Positions 9,621-19,520 of a DNA stretch of 64,000 bases are shown here, piece by piece. The position numbers were made by a program, and so were the translations under genes. The notes under the pieces were generated by a model. That model saw only the letters and a program-made list of their open reading frames with translations. It searched no databases and was not told where the DNA came from. Position 1 is the first letter of the stretch, and the number at the start of each line of letters is the position of its first letter. The DNA comes from Candidatus Woesearchaeota archaeon (GTDB lineage Archaea; Nanobdellota; Nanobdellia; SCGC-AAA011-G17; GW2011-AR20): contig CAYHTT010000001.1 of NCBI GenBank assembly GCA_964359725.1, positions 14,618 to 78,617 of the forward strand, given 5' to 3'.

Positions 9621-11233
9621 ATTTCATTAAAATTTAGTATTTTCACATCTCTTGTTTTTAAATTAACCAAAACAGCTTTACAAGGATCTGGTACTATACC
9701 ACGTCTTTTTTGATCTTCTGTTTGATCTATCCAGGCGCTACAATTTATTGTTGTAACACCGTGATAATTGTCTACTTTAGTTTTATGTAAATGTCCACTA
9801 ATGAAGAAATCTGGAATTTTCTCAATTAACAAAGGATCTTCATCTGGATTTGGTAAATATAATGTAGCTGTGTGGCTTGGTGCAAGATGTCTGCGTTGTA
9901 ATAAAAATTTCATTATTAAATCTGGTCTTTCGGTTCTTCCAGCTCTTCTTATACTTTCAACGTTCTCAACAATATAAAAAAAACTTGAGCCGTGATAAAT
10001 TAAAATATTAAATCCTGAAAAATCTTTTGTCGATGCTATATTAACTAAACTTGGGTTAGTGGCCATAATAACATTTGAAAATTCGTATAATAAAGGTGCC
10101 ATCTTTTTATCTGGAAATGGTTGTGGCTCAGCTAATCTAACTGCATCATGATTGCCCACACTTAGAATTATCTTAATGTCTTTTCTTATTCTTGCAAGAT
10201 ATTCTGCTAATTTTTCATATTGCTTGTAAATATCTAATATTGCTAAATCATATTCCTGATCGGGGTAAACCCCAACGCCATCCACCAAATCACCCGGAAT
10301 AAATAAATATTTTACTCTCTTTGCTATTTCGCGTTGTTCTTTATTTCCATAATTTCCATTAATCCAATCAATAAACTTTAAGAAATTTTTTTCAAAAAAT
10401 ACTTTATTTCCAACTTGTAAATCAGAGGTAAAAGCAACATACTCTTCATTTGGACCTTTTTTAAGTTCATTGTTTAATGATATATCTGGCAAGAAAATTT
10501 CATTAACAAAAATTATTCTATCACCATTATAACCCGTAACTCCAATTACTTCATCAAAAATAATGTCATTTGCTAATTCAAACAGCTCTTTTCTTGATTT
10601 ATTTATAACAACATTAATTAAACCAGTAGGGTCTTCTAATGTTATTAAAATATTACCATTTTTTGTTATTCTTTTATCATTTACTAAACCGATTATTGCT
10701 ATAGTTTCTCGTTCAGATCTATTTAATGCTCTGTTTATTGAGACTGCATTTTGTAATTCCTGTCTTTTTAATAAAATATTTTTTAAAAAATTATAACGAA
10801 TTTTAAAATAATCAATAAAATCTTGAACTTCTCTTTTCTTATCTTTATCAACATAATTCTTTAAAATAATTACATTACCACCGTTACCCTCTTCAAGCTC
10901 GATTTCTATTTTTGGTTCTCCTTGTCCTTCTTCAAAAATTTCATTATTATTAAAATCTTGTTTTAATATATCTAAAAAGAGATTATAAGTTTTATTTTCT
11001 TTATTTTTCTCGGCAAGTACCCGAGCTCTGTCGAATTCCTGCCAATTTATATTAGCTGGGTTATTATCTTGATTTAATATTTCAAAAACATCTTCATTTA
11101 TTACCAAAGGTTTATTTTTAAGCTTATTAAAATTTTTTATAACCTCCTTTATATCAATATTTTCAAGTTTTTCAATTAATTTTGGGCTTACTAAATAGCC
11201 CTCTTTAATAAAATACTCAATTAAATCCTTCAT
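9617..11233 (-). CDS. polB: DNA polymerase II (PolD) small subunit DP1, exonuclease
   Basis: OB fold (EDPTG) plus phosphoesterase motifs GDLVDGVGVYP, GNHD, HG, GHLH; lies between cdc6 and DP2. Confidence 0.96.
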   Translation of the reverse strand: MKDLIEYFIKEGYLVSPKLIEKLENIDIKEVIKNFNKLKNKPLVINEDVFEILNQDNNPANINWQEFDRARVLAEKNKENKTYNLFLDILKQDFNNNEIFEEGQGEPKIEIELEEGNGGNVIILKNYVDKDKKREVQDFIDYFKIRYNFLKNILLKRQELQNAVSINRALNRSERETIAIIGLVNDKRITKNGNILITLEDPTGLINVVINKSRKELFELANDIIFDEVIGVTGYNGDRIIFVNEIFLPDISLNNELKKGPNEEYVAFTSDLQVGNKVFFEKNFLKFIDWINGNYGNKEQREIAKRVKYLFIPGDLVDGVGVYPDQEYDLAILDIYKQYEKLAEYLARIRKDIKIILSVGNHDAVRLAEPQPFPDKKMAPLLYEFSNVIMATNPSLVNIASTKDFSGFNILIYHGSSFFYIVENVESIRRAGRTERPDLIMKFLLQRRHLAPSHTATLYLPNPDEDPLLIEKIPDFFISGHLHKTKVDNYHGVTTINCSAWIDQTEDQKRRGIVPDPCKAVLVNLKTRDVKILNFNEI

Positions 11234-12432
11234 AATCCTAATCCTTCTTTCAATGTTTCCTTTATTTTTGGAAATGTAGAAGGGTGTATTGCTAACTCAA
11301 TTTCTCGGGTTCTTCCATATCTGCCTTTAGAAATTACTTTTGTGTTAATAATCCCAAGCATATCAAACTCTGCTATGATATCAGAAACTCTTCTTTGGGT
11401 TAATGGTTTAATATTAAGTTCATGACAAGTTTTTTTATAAAAGTCGTAAGTTTCTCCTGTAAATACTTTATTATCTTTATCAGAAACATTCAATATACTA
11501 TATAAAGTAATTTGGAATTGTTTTGGTTGTGTTCTTACTGCATCTAAAATCCTGTCATGTTCGATTTTCTCGTCAGCCTCATCAATATGTTCTATTCTAA
11601 TTTTTGGTTGGTTTTTCCTTTCTGCTAATTCCCCTGCTACTCTAAGCAATTCTAAAGCTCGTCTGGCATCACCATGTTCACGAGCTGCATAGGCTGCGCA
11701 TTTCTCAATCACACCATCTTCAACAAAGCTATCCCTAAAAGCTAGTTTAGCTCTTTGTCTCAAAATATCTTGAAGTTGTATTGCGTTATAAGGCGGGAAT
11801 ATTAATTCTTCCTCGCTCAAACTAGACTTTATTCTGGGATCAAGATTATCTATAAACATTAAATCATTCGAAATACCAATCAAAGACATCTCACATTTTT
11901 TTAATTCTGAGTTTAGCCTAGTTAAATTATATAATATTCCATCTCCTGTTTTTGTAACTAGTTGATCAATCTCATCTAAAACTAAGATAACAAGTTGCTT
12001 TTCATTATCTATTGCATCAATAAATATTTTATAAATTTCTTCTGTCGGCAGGCCTGTAGCTGGAACCTCCTTACCAAATGATCTTGCTAATTGGGCTATT
12101 AATCTGTATTCTGTATCAGCTACCTTTTTTAATTTACAATTTAGATAAGCATACTTTAATTTCAAATTTTTTTTGTTAATAATTTTAATAATTTGATCCA
12201 TTACATGTTGTGTTACACATGTCTTTCCTGTTCCGGTTTTACCATAAATAAAAACATTACTTGGTTTTTCATTTCTTAATGCGGGTGCTAATATACTTGC
12301 AAGTTGTTCGATTTGTTCGTCTCTATGTGGAATAGTATCTGGGGTATAATTACTTTGTAATGCTTTTTTATTAACAAATATAGATTTCTTTTCAAGATAC
12401 GTTTCAAAAAATTTAGATAATTTTTCCCCCAT
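11230..12432 (-). CDS. cdc6: ORC1/Cdc6 replication initiator
   Basis: GKTGTGKT, LDEID, GDARRAL and winged-helix GRYGRT motifs. Confidence 0.98.
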   Translation of the reverse strand: MGEKLSKFFETYLEKKSIFVNKKALQSNYTPDTIPHRDEQIEQLASILAPALRNEKPSNVFIYGKTGTGKTCVTQHVMDQIIKIINKKNLKLKYAYLNCKLKKVADTEYRLIAQLARSFGKEVPATGLPTEEIYKIFIDAIDNEKQLVILVLDEIDQLVTKTGDGILYNLTRLNSELKKCEMSLIGISNDLMFIDNLDPRIKSSLSEEELIFPPYNAIQLQDILRQRAKLAFRDSFVEDGVIEKCAAYAAREHGDARRALELLRVAGELAERKNQPKIRIEHIDEADEKIEHDRILDAVRTQPKQFQITLYSILNVSDKDNKVFTGETYDFYKKTCHELNIKPLTQRRVSDIIAEFDMLGIINTKVISKGRYGRTREIELAIHPSTFPKIKETLKEGLGL

Positions 12433-12489
12433 TTTGAAAACTTATGAAAACTAAGCTGATATTTAAACATTCTTATAATAAAATATACA

Positions 12490-12850
12490 AACCATGACCT
12501 ATATTTCATATGGAACATATTTTTCATGTTAGAAACCTTTGTTTCATGTAGACTTAAAAAGAATAATATATAATAAAAAATATATTTTTAAATAATATAT
12601 AAAATAATTTAGAAAAATTTAAATAATAATATATAAATAAAAAATATAAAAGTGTAAAATTCTTAATATATAAGCCTTAAAAAGGCAAATTTTAATTTCT
12701 TTATTTTTAAAATTACAAAATATTTTTATCGACGATGAGCTAAATTTAATTAAAATTATTTTATTTATAAATCAAAGCTTATTTTGAACTCCAAAAGAAA
12801 TTCCAAGCTTATTTTGTTTCCATCCGCAATAAAGGTGTCTGGGTGTTAGA
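12490..12850. other. Probable replication origin (oriC): ORB-like boxes flanking an AT-rich unwinding element
   Basis: Directly upstream of cdc6. Minus-strand GTTCCATATGAAATATAGG (12498-12516) and GTCTACATGAAACAAAGG (12536-12553); plus-strand TCCAAAAGAAA (12790-12800) and TTCCATCCGCAATAAAGG (12818-12835); nearly pure A/T at 12555-12720. Confidence 0.8.
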
Positions 12851-13301
12851 GAAAATTATAATCCAACCTTCCTTAACATTATACCATTTCTATAAAAATT
12901 TATAGAAGGTTTAACGTAAATATCTACTTTTGATATTCCCTAATCTCAACAGGCGTTTGTATATAAGATTCAAGTTTTATTTTTTTATCTGATTCATGTA
13001 TGGTTGCCACACAAATTCCAAAAGATTTACCTTCAGAATAAAATAACAACACCCTCTCCTTTTTGATTGGGAGAAGAAATACCAACGAGTTCTATTTTAT
13101 TTCTTATAACAAAACCTTCTAATATTTTAAGATTTTTTTCTATTATTTTACATTCAACCATTTTCTAAAAATTAATAATTAGATTTTATATTACCCATAC
13201 TAAAATATATAAAATTATAAAATTTTTCACAAAACCCTCGAATAACACAAAGTTTATAAATAAGTTGTTACTTTAAGATTAATATTGAGGTAAAACAAAA
13301 A

Positions 13302-13568
13302 ATGGCAGAGGAAGAGAAAAAATACAATTCAAGACAAATACTAGGGAAGCTCATCGTTACAAAAACAGGCAAACGTTTTGGTGAAGTCGGTGATTTAACA
13401 TTCGAGACTAAAACTGGAGAATTAATTCATGTTGTTGTTAAAAACCCAACTGGCTATTGTGAAGGTTTAGAACTCGAGAAAGATAAATCGGGAAATCCAT
13501 TAATACCATATTCAGCTGTTATTGCTGTAGGCGACTTTATTGTAGTCGCAGAAGAAGAAATAATTTAA
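13302..13568 (+). CDS. PRC-barrel domain protein
   Basis: LGKLIVTKTGKRFGEVGDL...IPYSAVIAVGDFIVV pattern; GAGG SD. Confidence 0.9.
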   Translation: MAEEEKKYNSRQILGKLIVTKTGKRFGEVGDLTFETKTGELIHVVVKNPTGYCEGLELEKDKSGNPLIPYSAVIAVGDFIVVAEEEII

Positions 13569-13613
13569 TTCTAAGATAAAGATTTTTAAACTAGAAAGAT
13601 ATTATAATATTGC

Positions 13614-15482
13614 ATGAAATCGTTTAATTTTAAAACCACAGCAGAAATAAAAATTCCGACTAATATAATTGATCAAATAGTTGGACAAGAGCAAGCTGTT
13701 AACATAGTTAGGAAAGTAGCAAAACAAAGACGTCATTTATTATTGATAGGACAACCTGGCGTGGGAAAAAGTTTAGTGGGACAAGCTTTAGCAGAGTTAT
13801 TACCCGAAGAAAAATTAGTTGATGTGCTAGCTTACCAAAATCCAGCTGATGAAAATATTCCTTTAATAAGGATGGCACCAAAAGGCCAGGGTAAAAAAAT
13901 AGCCGCAAGAGCAAAAATTCAGGAAATGTCCTCTTTAAAAAATCAGAATGTTATTTTCTTTATATTATTAATTTTAGCCTTAATTGCACCATGGTGGATT
14001 AGAAAAAGTTATGGTGATATAATGGCAGCAGCCTCGTTAATCGGGAGCATGATGTTTTTAGCAGCATTTGTATTATTTATTAATTTAAACAAAAGGGTCG
14101 CTCTTAGAGGTATGGAAATTAGAGCGCCAAAAATTTTAATAGATAATTCCTCGACGGAAAAAGCACCATTTATTGACGGTACTGGTAGTCATTCCGGCGC
14201 ATTACTTGGTGATGTACTTCATGATCCACTTCAAAGCGGCGGACTGGGCACACCCGCTTACGAGCGTTTAATTCCCGGAATGATTCATAGAGCAAATGGT
14301 GGAGTATTATTTATTGATGAAGTAGCAAATTTAAATCCTAAATCTCAACAAGAATTACTTACAGCATTACAAGAAAAAAAGTATTCTATTACTGGACAAA
14401 GCGAGAGAAGCTCTGGTGCAATGACTAGAAGCGAACCTGTTCCATGCGATTTTGTTTTAGTTGCTGCGGGTAATCCCGAAACTGTTAGAAACATGCATCC
14501 TGCTTTACGTTCTAGAATACGTGGTTATGGTTACGAAGTTTATATGGGGCATGAGCTAGACGATACAGAAGAGAATAGAATGCATCTTGCAAAATTTGTT
14601 GCTCAAGAAGTTGTTAAAGATGGTAAAATACCTCATTTTACAAGAGAAGCTGTTTTAAAAATAATTGAAGAAGGTAGAAGAAGAGCTAGTACTTCTGGAA
14701 AATTAACATTGAGATTAAGAGAATTAGGTGGATTAGTAAGAGCAGCTGGTGATTCAGCATTAGAAGAAAAATCAAAATTTGTTGAACCAAAACATATTGA
14801 TAAAGCAAGATTATTAGCAAGAACATTAGAACAACAAATGGCTGATAAATATATTGAGCAGAAAAAACGTTATCAAGTTATTACAACTACAGGCTATTTA
14901 GTTGGCAAAGTTAATGGGTTAGCTGTTATGGGATCAGAAGATCATTTTTCTGGAATAGTACTTCCAATTGAATCAGAAGTTACACCCGGTGGAAGAAAAG
15001 CAGAGTTTATTGCTACAGGTCAACTTGGTAAAATAGCAAAAGAAGCTATAAAAAATGTTTCAGCTATCATATTAAAATACTTTGGTGAAGATATTAAAGA
15101 AAAATATGACATCTTTATACAATTCTTACAAACAGCAGATACAGGTGTTGAGGGTGATTCAGCTAGTATATCAGTAGCTACAGCAATTGTTTCAGCATTA
15201 AAAAAAGTTCCTGTAAGGCAAGATACAGCAATGACTGGTAGTTTATCTGTTAGGGGAGAAGTATTAGCTATAGGAGGAGTAACAGCAAAAATAGAAGCAG
15301 CTATAGAAGCAGGCATAAAAAGAGCGATTATTCCAAGAGCTAATGAAAAAGATGTTTTATTGAGCAAGGAACATCAAGGTAAAATTGAAATTATTCCAGC
15401 AAGCACAATCCAAGAAGTTTTAAAGCACGCTTTATATTGGAAAGGTAAAGAACATATATTAAGAAAATTAAAATCAAGATAA
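13614..15482 (+). CDS. lonB: ATP-dependent protease LonB, membrane-anchored
   Basis: [10 protein letters not shown] insertion, LFIDE, catalytic GDSAS and TAK motifs. Confidence 0.96.
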   Translation: MKSFNFKTTAEIKIPTNIIDQIVGQEQAVNIVRKVAKQRRHLLLIGQPGVGKSLVGQALAELLPEEKLVDVLAYQNPADENIPLIRMAPKGQGKKIAARAKIQEMSSLKNQNVIFFILLILALIAPWWIRKSYGDIMAAASLIGSMMFLAAFVLFINLNKRVALRGMEIRAPKILIDNSSTEKAPFIDGTGSHSGALLGDVLHDPLQSGGLGTPAYERLIPGMIHRANGGVLFIDEVANLNPKSQQELLTALQEKKYSITGQSERSSGAMTRSEPVPCDFVLVAAGNPETVRNMHPALRSRIRGYGYEVYMGHELDDTEENRMHLAKFVAQEVVKDGKIPHFTREAVLKIIEEGRRRASTSGKLTLRLRELGGLVRAAGDSALEEKSKFVEPKHIDKARLLARTLEQQMADKYIEQKKRYQVITTTGYLVGKVNGLAVMGSEDHFSGIVLPIESEVTPGGRKAEFIATGQLGKIAKEAIKNVSAIILKYFGEDIKEKYDIFIQFLQTADTGVEGDSASISVATAIVSALKKVPVRQDTAMTGSLSVRGEVLAIGGVTAKIEAAIEAGIKRAIIPRANEKDVLLSKEHQGKIEIIPASTIQEVLKHALYWKGKEHILRKLKSR

Positions 15483-15737
15483 TAATTCTTTATATTTATT
15501 ATAAGCTAGATTAGTTAAGCACCATTTTCTCTTAACTTTATTACCTTTACTTTCCTCTATATGGATAATTAAATTATTTTTTTGAAGCTCTTTTAATAAT
15601 GCTAAACTAAACTCATTATCCCTTATAATAGAATCAGCAATATTATAAGTATACATAAATTCAGGATAACTTTCGTATAATACCCTTAATATTTCTTCTT
15701 TAATTTTCTCTTTTTTCTCTTGTGAAATTTGAGACAT
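15474..15737 (-). CDS. Small winged-helix-like hypothetical protein
   Basis: 87 aa with a helix-turn-helix plus wing pattern ([11 protein letters not shown]...KRKWCLT). Confidence 0.6.
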   Translation of the reverse strand: MSQISQEKKEKIKEEILRVLYESYPEFMYTYNIADSIIRDNEFSLALLKELQKNNLIIHIEESKGNKVKRKWCLTNLAYNKYKELLS

Positions 15738-15841
15738 AATTTTTACTAAATTAACCTTTATTTAAATTTAACTCATTCGGTTAAACAAACTAAACAAACA
15801 TAACATTTATATATATTCTTTAAGCAATAATCCTGATTAAA

Positions 15842-16282
15842 ATGCCATTTATAGGGTTTAATTTTGATAAAATAAGTGCAGAGCATTTAAAAGATGTTCG
15901 AGGTAATGTTAATGTAAAACATAACTTAAATATAGTTAATGTTAAAGAACATGAAGTTAATCTAGATAAAAAACAAGAAGTTCTTAAATTTGAGTTTGAA
16001 TTTAATTTAGATTATGAGCCAGGTTTTGGCAATATTAATATTAAAGGCCACATGCTTTATACAGATAATCCTAAAAAAATGAAGGATATTTTACAAGAAT
16101 GGAAGAAAAATAAAAAACTTCCAAATGATGTAATGGCAAGCTTATTTAATACAACATTAGCTAAATCCAATATTAAGGCTTTAGCTTTAAGTCAAGACAT
16201 TAATTTACCTCCTCATTTACCTTTACCGAGGATAGAGAAGCAACAAAAAGTAAATGTAAATGTTAAAGAATATATTGGTTAA
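15842..16282 (+). CDS. Conserved archaeal hypothetical protein (possibly SecB-like fold)
   Basis: MPFIGFNFDKISAE...FEFNLDYEP...LSQDINLPPHLPLP resembles a family common in archaea; fold is an inference. Confidence 0.65.
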   Translation: MPFIGFNFDKISAEHLKDVRGNVNVKHNLNIVNVKEHEVNLDKKQEVLKFEFEFNLDYEPGFGNINIKGHMLYTDNPKKMKDILQEWKKNKKLPNDVMASLFNTTLAKSNIKALALSQDINLPPHLPLPRIEKQQKVNVNVKEYIG

Positions 16283-16386
16283 ATAAATTCGTTTAATGTT
16301 TTAATTTCCTTTTCTTTTTTCTCAGCTTCAGCCCAACTTATGCCCTCTTTTTTCATTATCTTTAGAATTTTAAGCTCTTTGATCAT
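16279..16386 (-). CDS. 35-aa small protein with a PIP-box-like C-terminus
   Basis: Manual translation MIKELKILKIMKKEGISWAEAEKKEKEIKTLNEFI*; its stop overlaps the stop of the convergent gene; TTTAAATA TATA-like element upstream. Confidence 0.55.
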   Translation of the reverse strand: MIKELKILKIMKKEGISWAEAEKKEKEIKTLNEFI

Positions 16387-16546
16387 TTTATGTTAAGATG
16401 AAAATTGTTTTTATTTAAATACATTTTTAGCTTTAAAGATATATTATAAATCATAGTTAAAGAAATATAGCTAAAAAAATGAGATTATTATTTTATAATT
16501 AAAATTTTTGAGTTAATTTTTTATATTTATTCTTGCTAATAATTCT

Positions 16547-17116
16547 ATGGACCCTGATTTTGATACTAAAATAAGAGCTTCTTTTGCAAAAGTTAGGCAA
16601 GACATACAGATTATTAAAGAAGAGATAGAAAAGCTTAAAGAAGCTTTAATTTTACAAAATAAGTCTAATTCTACCTTAAAAGAGGACGTGGGCTACCTTA
16701 AACAGCTTTCAAATGAGCTAAGAAGCAAGATTTCAACTATTTCCATCGGAAATCGTAGGGTTGATGATGACGATCAACGATCAATGACAATGAATGACAA
16801 TGCCAAACAGCTAAGATTCCTGCTAGAAAACAAGTTTAGAAGCTTAACAGACAGAGAATTTTCAGTGTTTATGGCCATTTACCAGCTCGAAGAAGAGCAA
16901 GGAACAGTTACTTACCAAGATATGGCCAATAAACTAAATATTAGTGGAAGTAACCTGAGAAATCATGTATTATCTTTAATAAATAAAGGAATTCCCGTCG
17001 GAAAAGAGCGTTTATTCAATGGAAAAACCACCTTTTTTATAAAAAAAGAGCTTCGCAACCTTAATATTGTGGCTGATCTAATTGAGTATAGACAGCATAA
17101 AACCTTTAAACAATAA
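16547..17116 (+). CDS. Coiled-coil plus C-terminal wHTH protein
   Basis: N-terminal heptads (SFAKVRQDIQIIKEE); C-terminal LTDREFSVF...TYQDMANKLNISGSNLRNHV HTH. Confidence 0.8.
   Translation: MDPDFDTKIRASFAKVRQDIQIIKEEIEKLKEALILQNKSNSTLKEDVGYLKQLSNELRSKISTISIGNRRVDDDDQRSMTMNDNAKQLRFLLENKFRSLTDREFSVFMAIYQLEEEQGTVTYQDMANKLNISGSNLRNHVLSLINKGIPVGKERLFNGKTTFFIKKELRNLNIVADLIEYRQHKTFKQ
16763..16802 (+). repeat. Short tandem repeats in the linker of the wHTH gene
   Basis: CGATCAA x2 followed by ATGACAATG x2. Confidence 0.6.
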
Positions 17117-17230
17117 CTCTCACTTCGCTATTTTTCCTTAAAATTTGCTTATTTTTAATTGATTTTTATTTAAAGATACCAAAACCCTCACTTTTTAGAA
17201 GTTAAGTATACTTTTAGTAGTCAGGAACTC

Positions 17231-17779
17231 TCACTTTTTTGATCTTACCATCCTTTTTACCATCTTGTCTAGGTAGAATACCTTCCTCCTTGCCTCAGTA
17301 TCCACCCTCTCACTTATATTAAAACCCATCTTTTTCACGTCGTTAACATGCCTTCTTACTGTTATAATACTTAATTTTAATTCTTTAGCAATATCCCCAT
17401 ATTCTAGTGGGGTTTCAGCTATCATTAATAATTGGATTACCCTTTTTTGAGCTGGTGTAAGTACATTTTTAAGCTTTTGAACGTTCATGAATGATTGATT
17501 TGAACGCTTGAACGCGATTGAACGTTCATGAACGATTGAACGCTCCTCCCCCGTCGGCTCCTCGTCGACATTTTTTTCTAAAATCTCCTTCATTTCCATT
17601 AATGTTTGCTCGATTTTATCCAGCCTTTGATCATGTTTTTCGTGCTTATCTTTAAATTGATTAAGAACCTTATCAATCAAATTCATATCTTTCTTTATAT
17701 TTGAGAAAGAATTATTTAAATTCGACTTTAATTTTTCGACTTTCCCATCTTTTTTTCTACCGAAGAACCAAAAAGCCAT
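17231..17779 (-). CDS. Coiled-coil plus C-terminal wHTH protein, convergent counterpart of 16547
   Basis: SFSNIKKDM coiled coil; LTPAQKRVI...YGDIAKELKLSIITVRRHV HTH; probable ATG at 17779. Confidence 0.8.
   Translation of the reverse strand: MAFWFFGRKKDGKVEKLKSNLNNSFSNIKKDMNLIDKVLNQFKDKHEKHDQRLDKIEQTLMEMKEILEKNVDEEPTGEERSIVHERSIAFKRSNQSFMNVQKLKNVLTPAQKRVIQLLMIAETPLEYGDIAKELKLSIITVRRHVNDVKKMGFNISERVDTEARRKVFYLDKMVKRMVRSKK
17477..17544. repeat. TGAACG repeat cluster, including two TGAACGTTCA palindromes, inside the wHTH gene
   Basis: ttgaacgttcatgaatgattgatttgaacgcttgaacgcgattgaacgttcatgaacgattgaacgct contains six TGAACG in about 68 bp. Confidence 0.85.
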
Positions 17780-17857
17780 TAACAAATTAAATATTAAATA
17801 TTATATAAATGTTTCTTTACAATAAAGCTTAAATATTTCAAGCAATTATTAAAATTA

Positions 17858-18529
17858 ATGTACGAAGAGTTAAAGATAGACCCTTTAAATCATGAATATA
17901 CACTTTCTAAAGTTGTTTCTTATATTGATTCTAGATTACAATTAATTGAACGTTCAAAAAGAGTAGATATATTTGATGAATTTGCTAATCTAATAAATTA
18001 TGCCGAGAAAGTTGGGTTAAAGGGCAATCATTTACCTGTACTAAGATCAAAAATGTTTAAGTTTTTAGGCGGTAAAGCAGATGATAGCATAGAAAGCGAC
18101 GACAAACAAATTCTAATAGACGAATTGAATCATCATAAAACAATAATGGAAAATGACATTATTGAATCTAAATTTAAAGACGAAGAGGATGACTCAATTA
18201 ACATTTATATTTTAGAAGCGCACTTCCCACTAAAAGGAAAAGAAGACCGAATTGGTGTTATTGCCCACACCTATTCTCAAGCAGCATTTAAAATTAGAGA
18301 AGAATATGGTGAATTTCATTTACAAAACCCAAACGAGTTCAGAAAATTAGAGTGCAAACATTTAAGGATAAGGGTGGATGAAGATAAGACAGTTGTTATA
18401 TGCGAATTATTGAGAGGAGAGTGCCCTGTTTTTTATCAAGGCGATAATTTATGCATTAAACCAGGATATGAAAATTTCGAATCACATTTTGAAAAGACAT
18501 TAGAAAAAATATTAAACGATTCTAGCTAA
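17858..18529 (+). CDS. Hypothetical protein
   Basis: 223-aa ORF with four C-terminal cysteines; no family recognised. Confidence 0.6.
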   Translation: MYEELKIDPLNHEYTLSKVVSYIDSRLQLIERSKRVDIFDEFANLINYAEKVGLKGNHLPVLRSKMFKFLGGKADDSIESDDKQILIDELNHHKTIMENDIIESKFKDEEDDSINIYILEAHFPLKGKEDRIGVIAHTYSQAAFKIREEYGEFHLQNPNEFRKLECKHLRIRVDEDKTVVICELLRGECPVFYQGDNLCIKPGYENFESHFEKTLEKILNDSS

Positions 18530-18591
18530 AAACTTTTTAGCAATTCTTAAAATTTTTATTATAAATAAAAAAAAGAAAAAATAGGCCTTAT

Positions 18592-18966
18592 TTACTTACT
18601 AAACCCAGACCATAAGGCCCAAACAGCTACAACTAAATGTAGGATGTTATCTAGAGCTTCTAAGTTGGCACCTAAGAAATTTGCACCAGCAAAAAATCCG
18701 GAAAGTGTTGCAACTGCTGCAAATAATCCTACTAATACAGTAACCCATTTGTTTAAACTATTATTCTTAACGAAGTAGACCAATAATAATGCTACTACAC
18801 CAAGAACTAAATGGGCCCAATTTTCTGCATTATCAAACCACCATGCAGCACCAAATACACTTGTATCAGAAGTAGGTCCAATAAGGAAAAATCCTAGGAC
18901 ACCAATTACAACTAGAACCCATCCACCCCACATTAAAAAGTTTTTTGGAGTGAAAAATCCAGCCAT
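18592..18966 (-). CDS. DUF4383-like four-TM membrane protein
   Basis: GVLGF...NWAHLVLG...DNILHL pattern; strong GGAGGTG SD. Confidence 0.75.
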   Translation of the reverse strand: MAGFFTPKNFLMWGGWVLVVIGVLGFFLIGPTSDTSVFGAAWWFDNAENWAHLVLGVVALLLVYFVKNNSLNKWVTVLVGLFAAVATLSGFFAGANFLGANLEALDNILHLVVAVWALWSGFSK

Positions 18967-19085
18967 TAATTACACCTCCTTTTGATTAAAATACCTAGGT
19001 AAATCTTATATATAAATATATTGATTAGAAGTTTTTAGCAATGATAAAAGGTTAAATTTATATTAATTTATTATTAATTATTTGT

Positions 19086-19424
19086 ATGAAAAGAAAAAAG
19101 TTAACAAGTAAAGATGAATTATTTGGAAAAGACGAAACCTCTAAGTTATTAGATCAAAGTGCTTTAATGATAAAACAAAAAAAGCACGTGTTGAAAACAA
19201 TAGAGTACGATGATATTGCAGACGAAACAAGGCAAAGGATATATAATTTATTAAAAAAAGCTAGAGAAAAACCAAGAACTAAGCAAAAATTAGAGAAAAT
19301 GCTATCTTTCCACTGTGAGTTTTATGCACATAAGGGCGACAGATACGCAAGCTATTCTCATCAATTTCTTACTGAACTTTATTATTGGAAACAAGGAAAA
19401 GACGGCTTATACTACCCATATTAA
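19086..19424 (+). CDS. Hypothetical protein
   Basis: 112-aa ORF; no motif recognised. Confidence 0.55.
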   Translation: MKRKKLTSKDELFGKDETSKLLDQSALMIKQKKHVLKTIEYDDIADETRQRIYNLLKKAREKPRTKQKLEKMLSFHCEFYAHKGDRYASYSHQFLTELYYWKQGKDGLYYPY

Positions 19425-19442
19425 AACTTTTTAGCAAATAAG

Positions 19443-19520
19443 AGTAGATGTAACAGTGATTACGTCTACTTTCAGCTGTTTTCAATACAACTTTTCGATA
19501 TAAGGTATATTATGTACACT
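19443..19520. other. Two tandem dif-like (Xer) recombination sites
   Basis: 11-6-11 layout with TAA-N6-TTA core: AGTAGATGTAA-CAGTGA-TTACGTCTACT (19443-19470) and TTTCGATATAA-GGTATA-TTATGTACACT (19493-19520). Confidence 0.6.

Noticed and set aside
12555..12720. Low-complexity A/T tract as a tandem repeat or ncRNA
   Set aside because: Better explained as the DNA-unwinding element of oriC.
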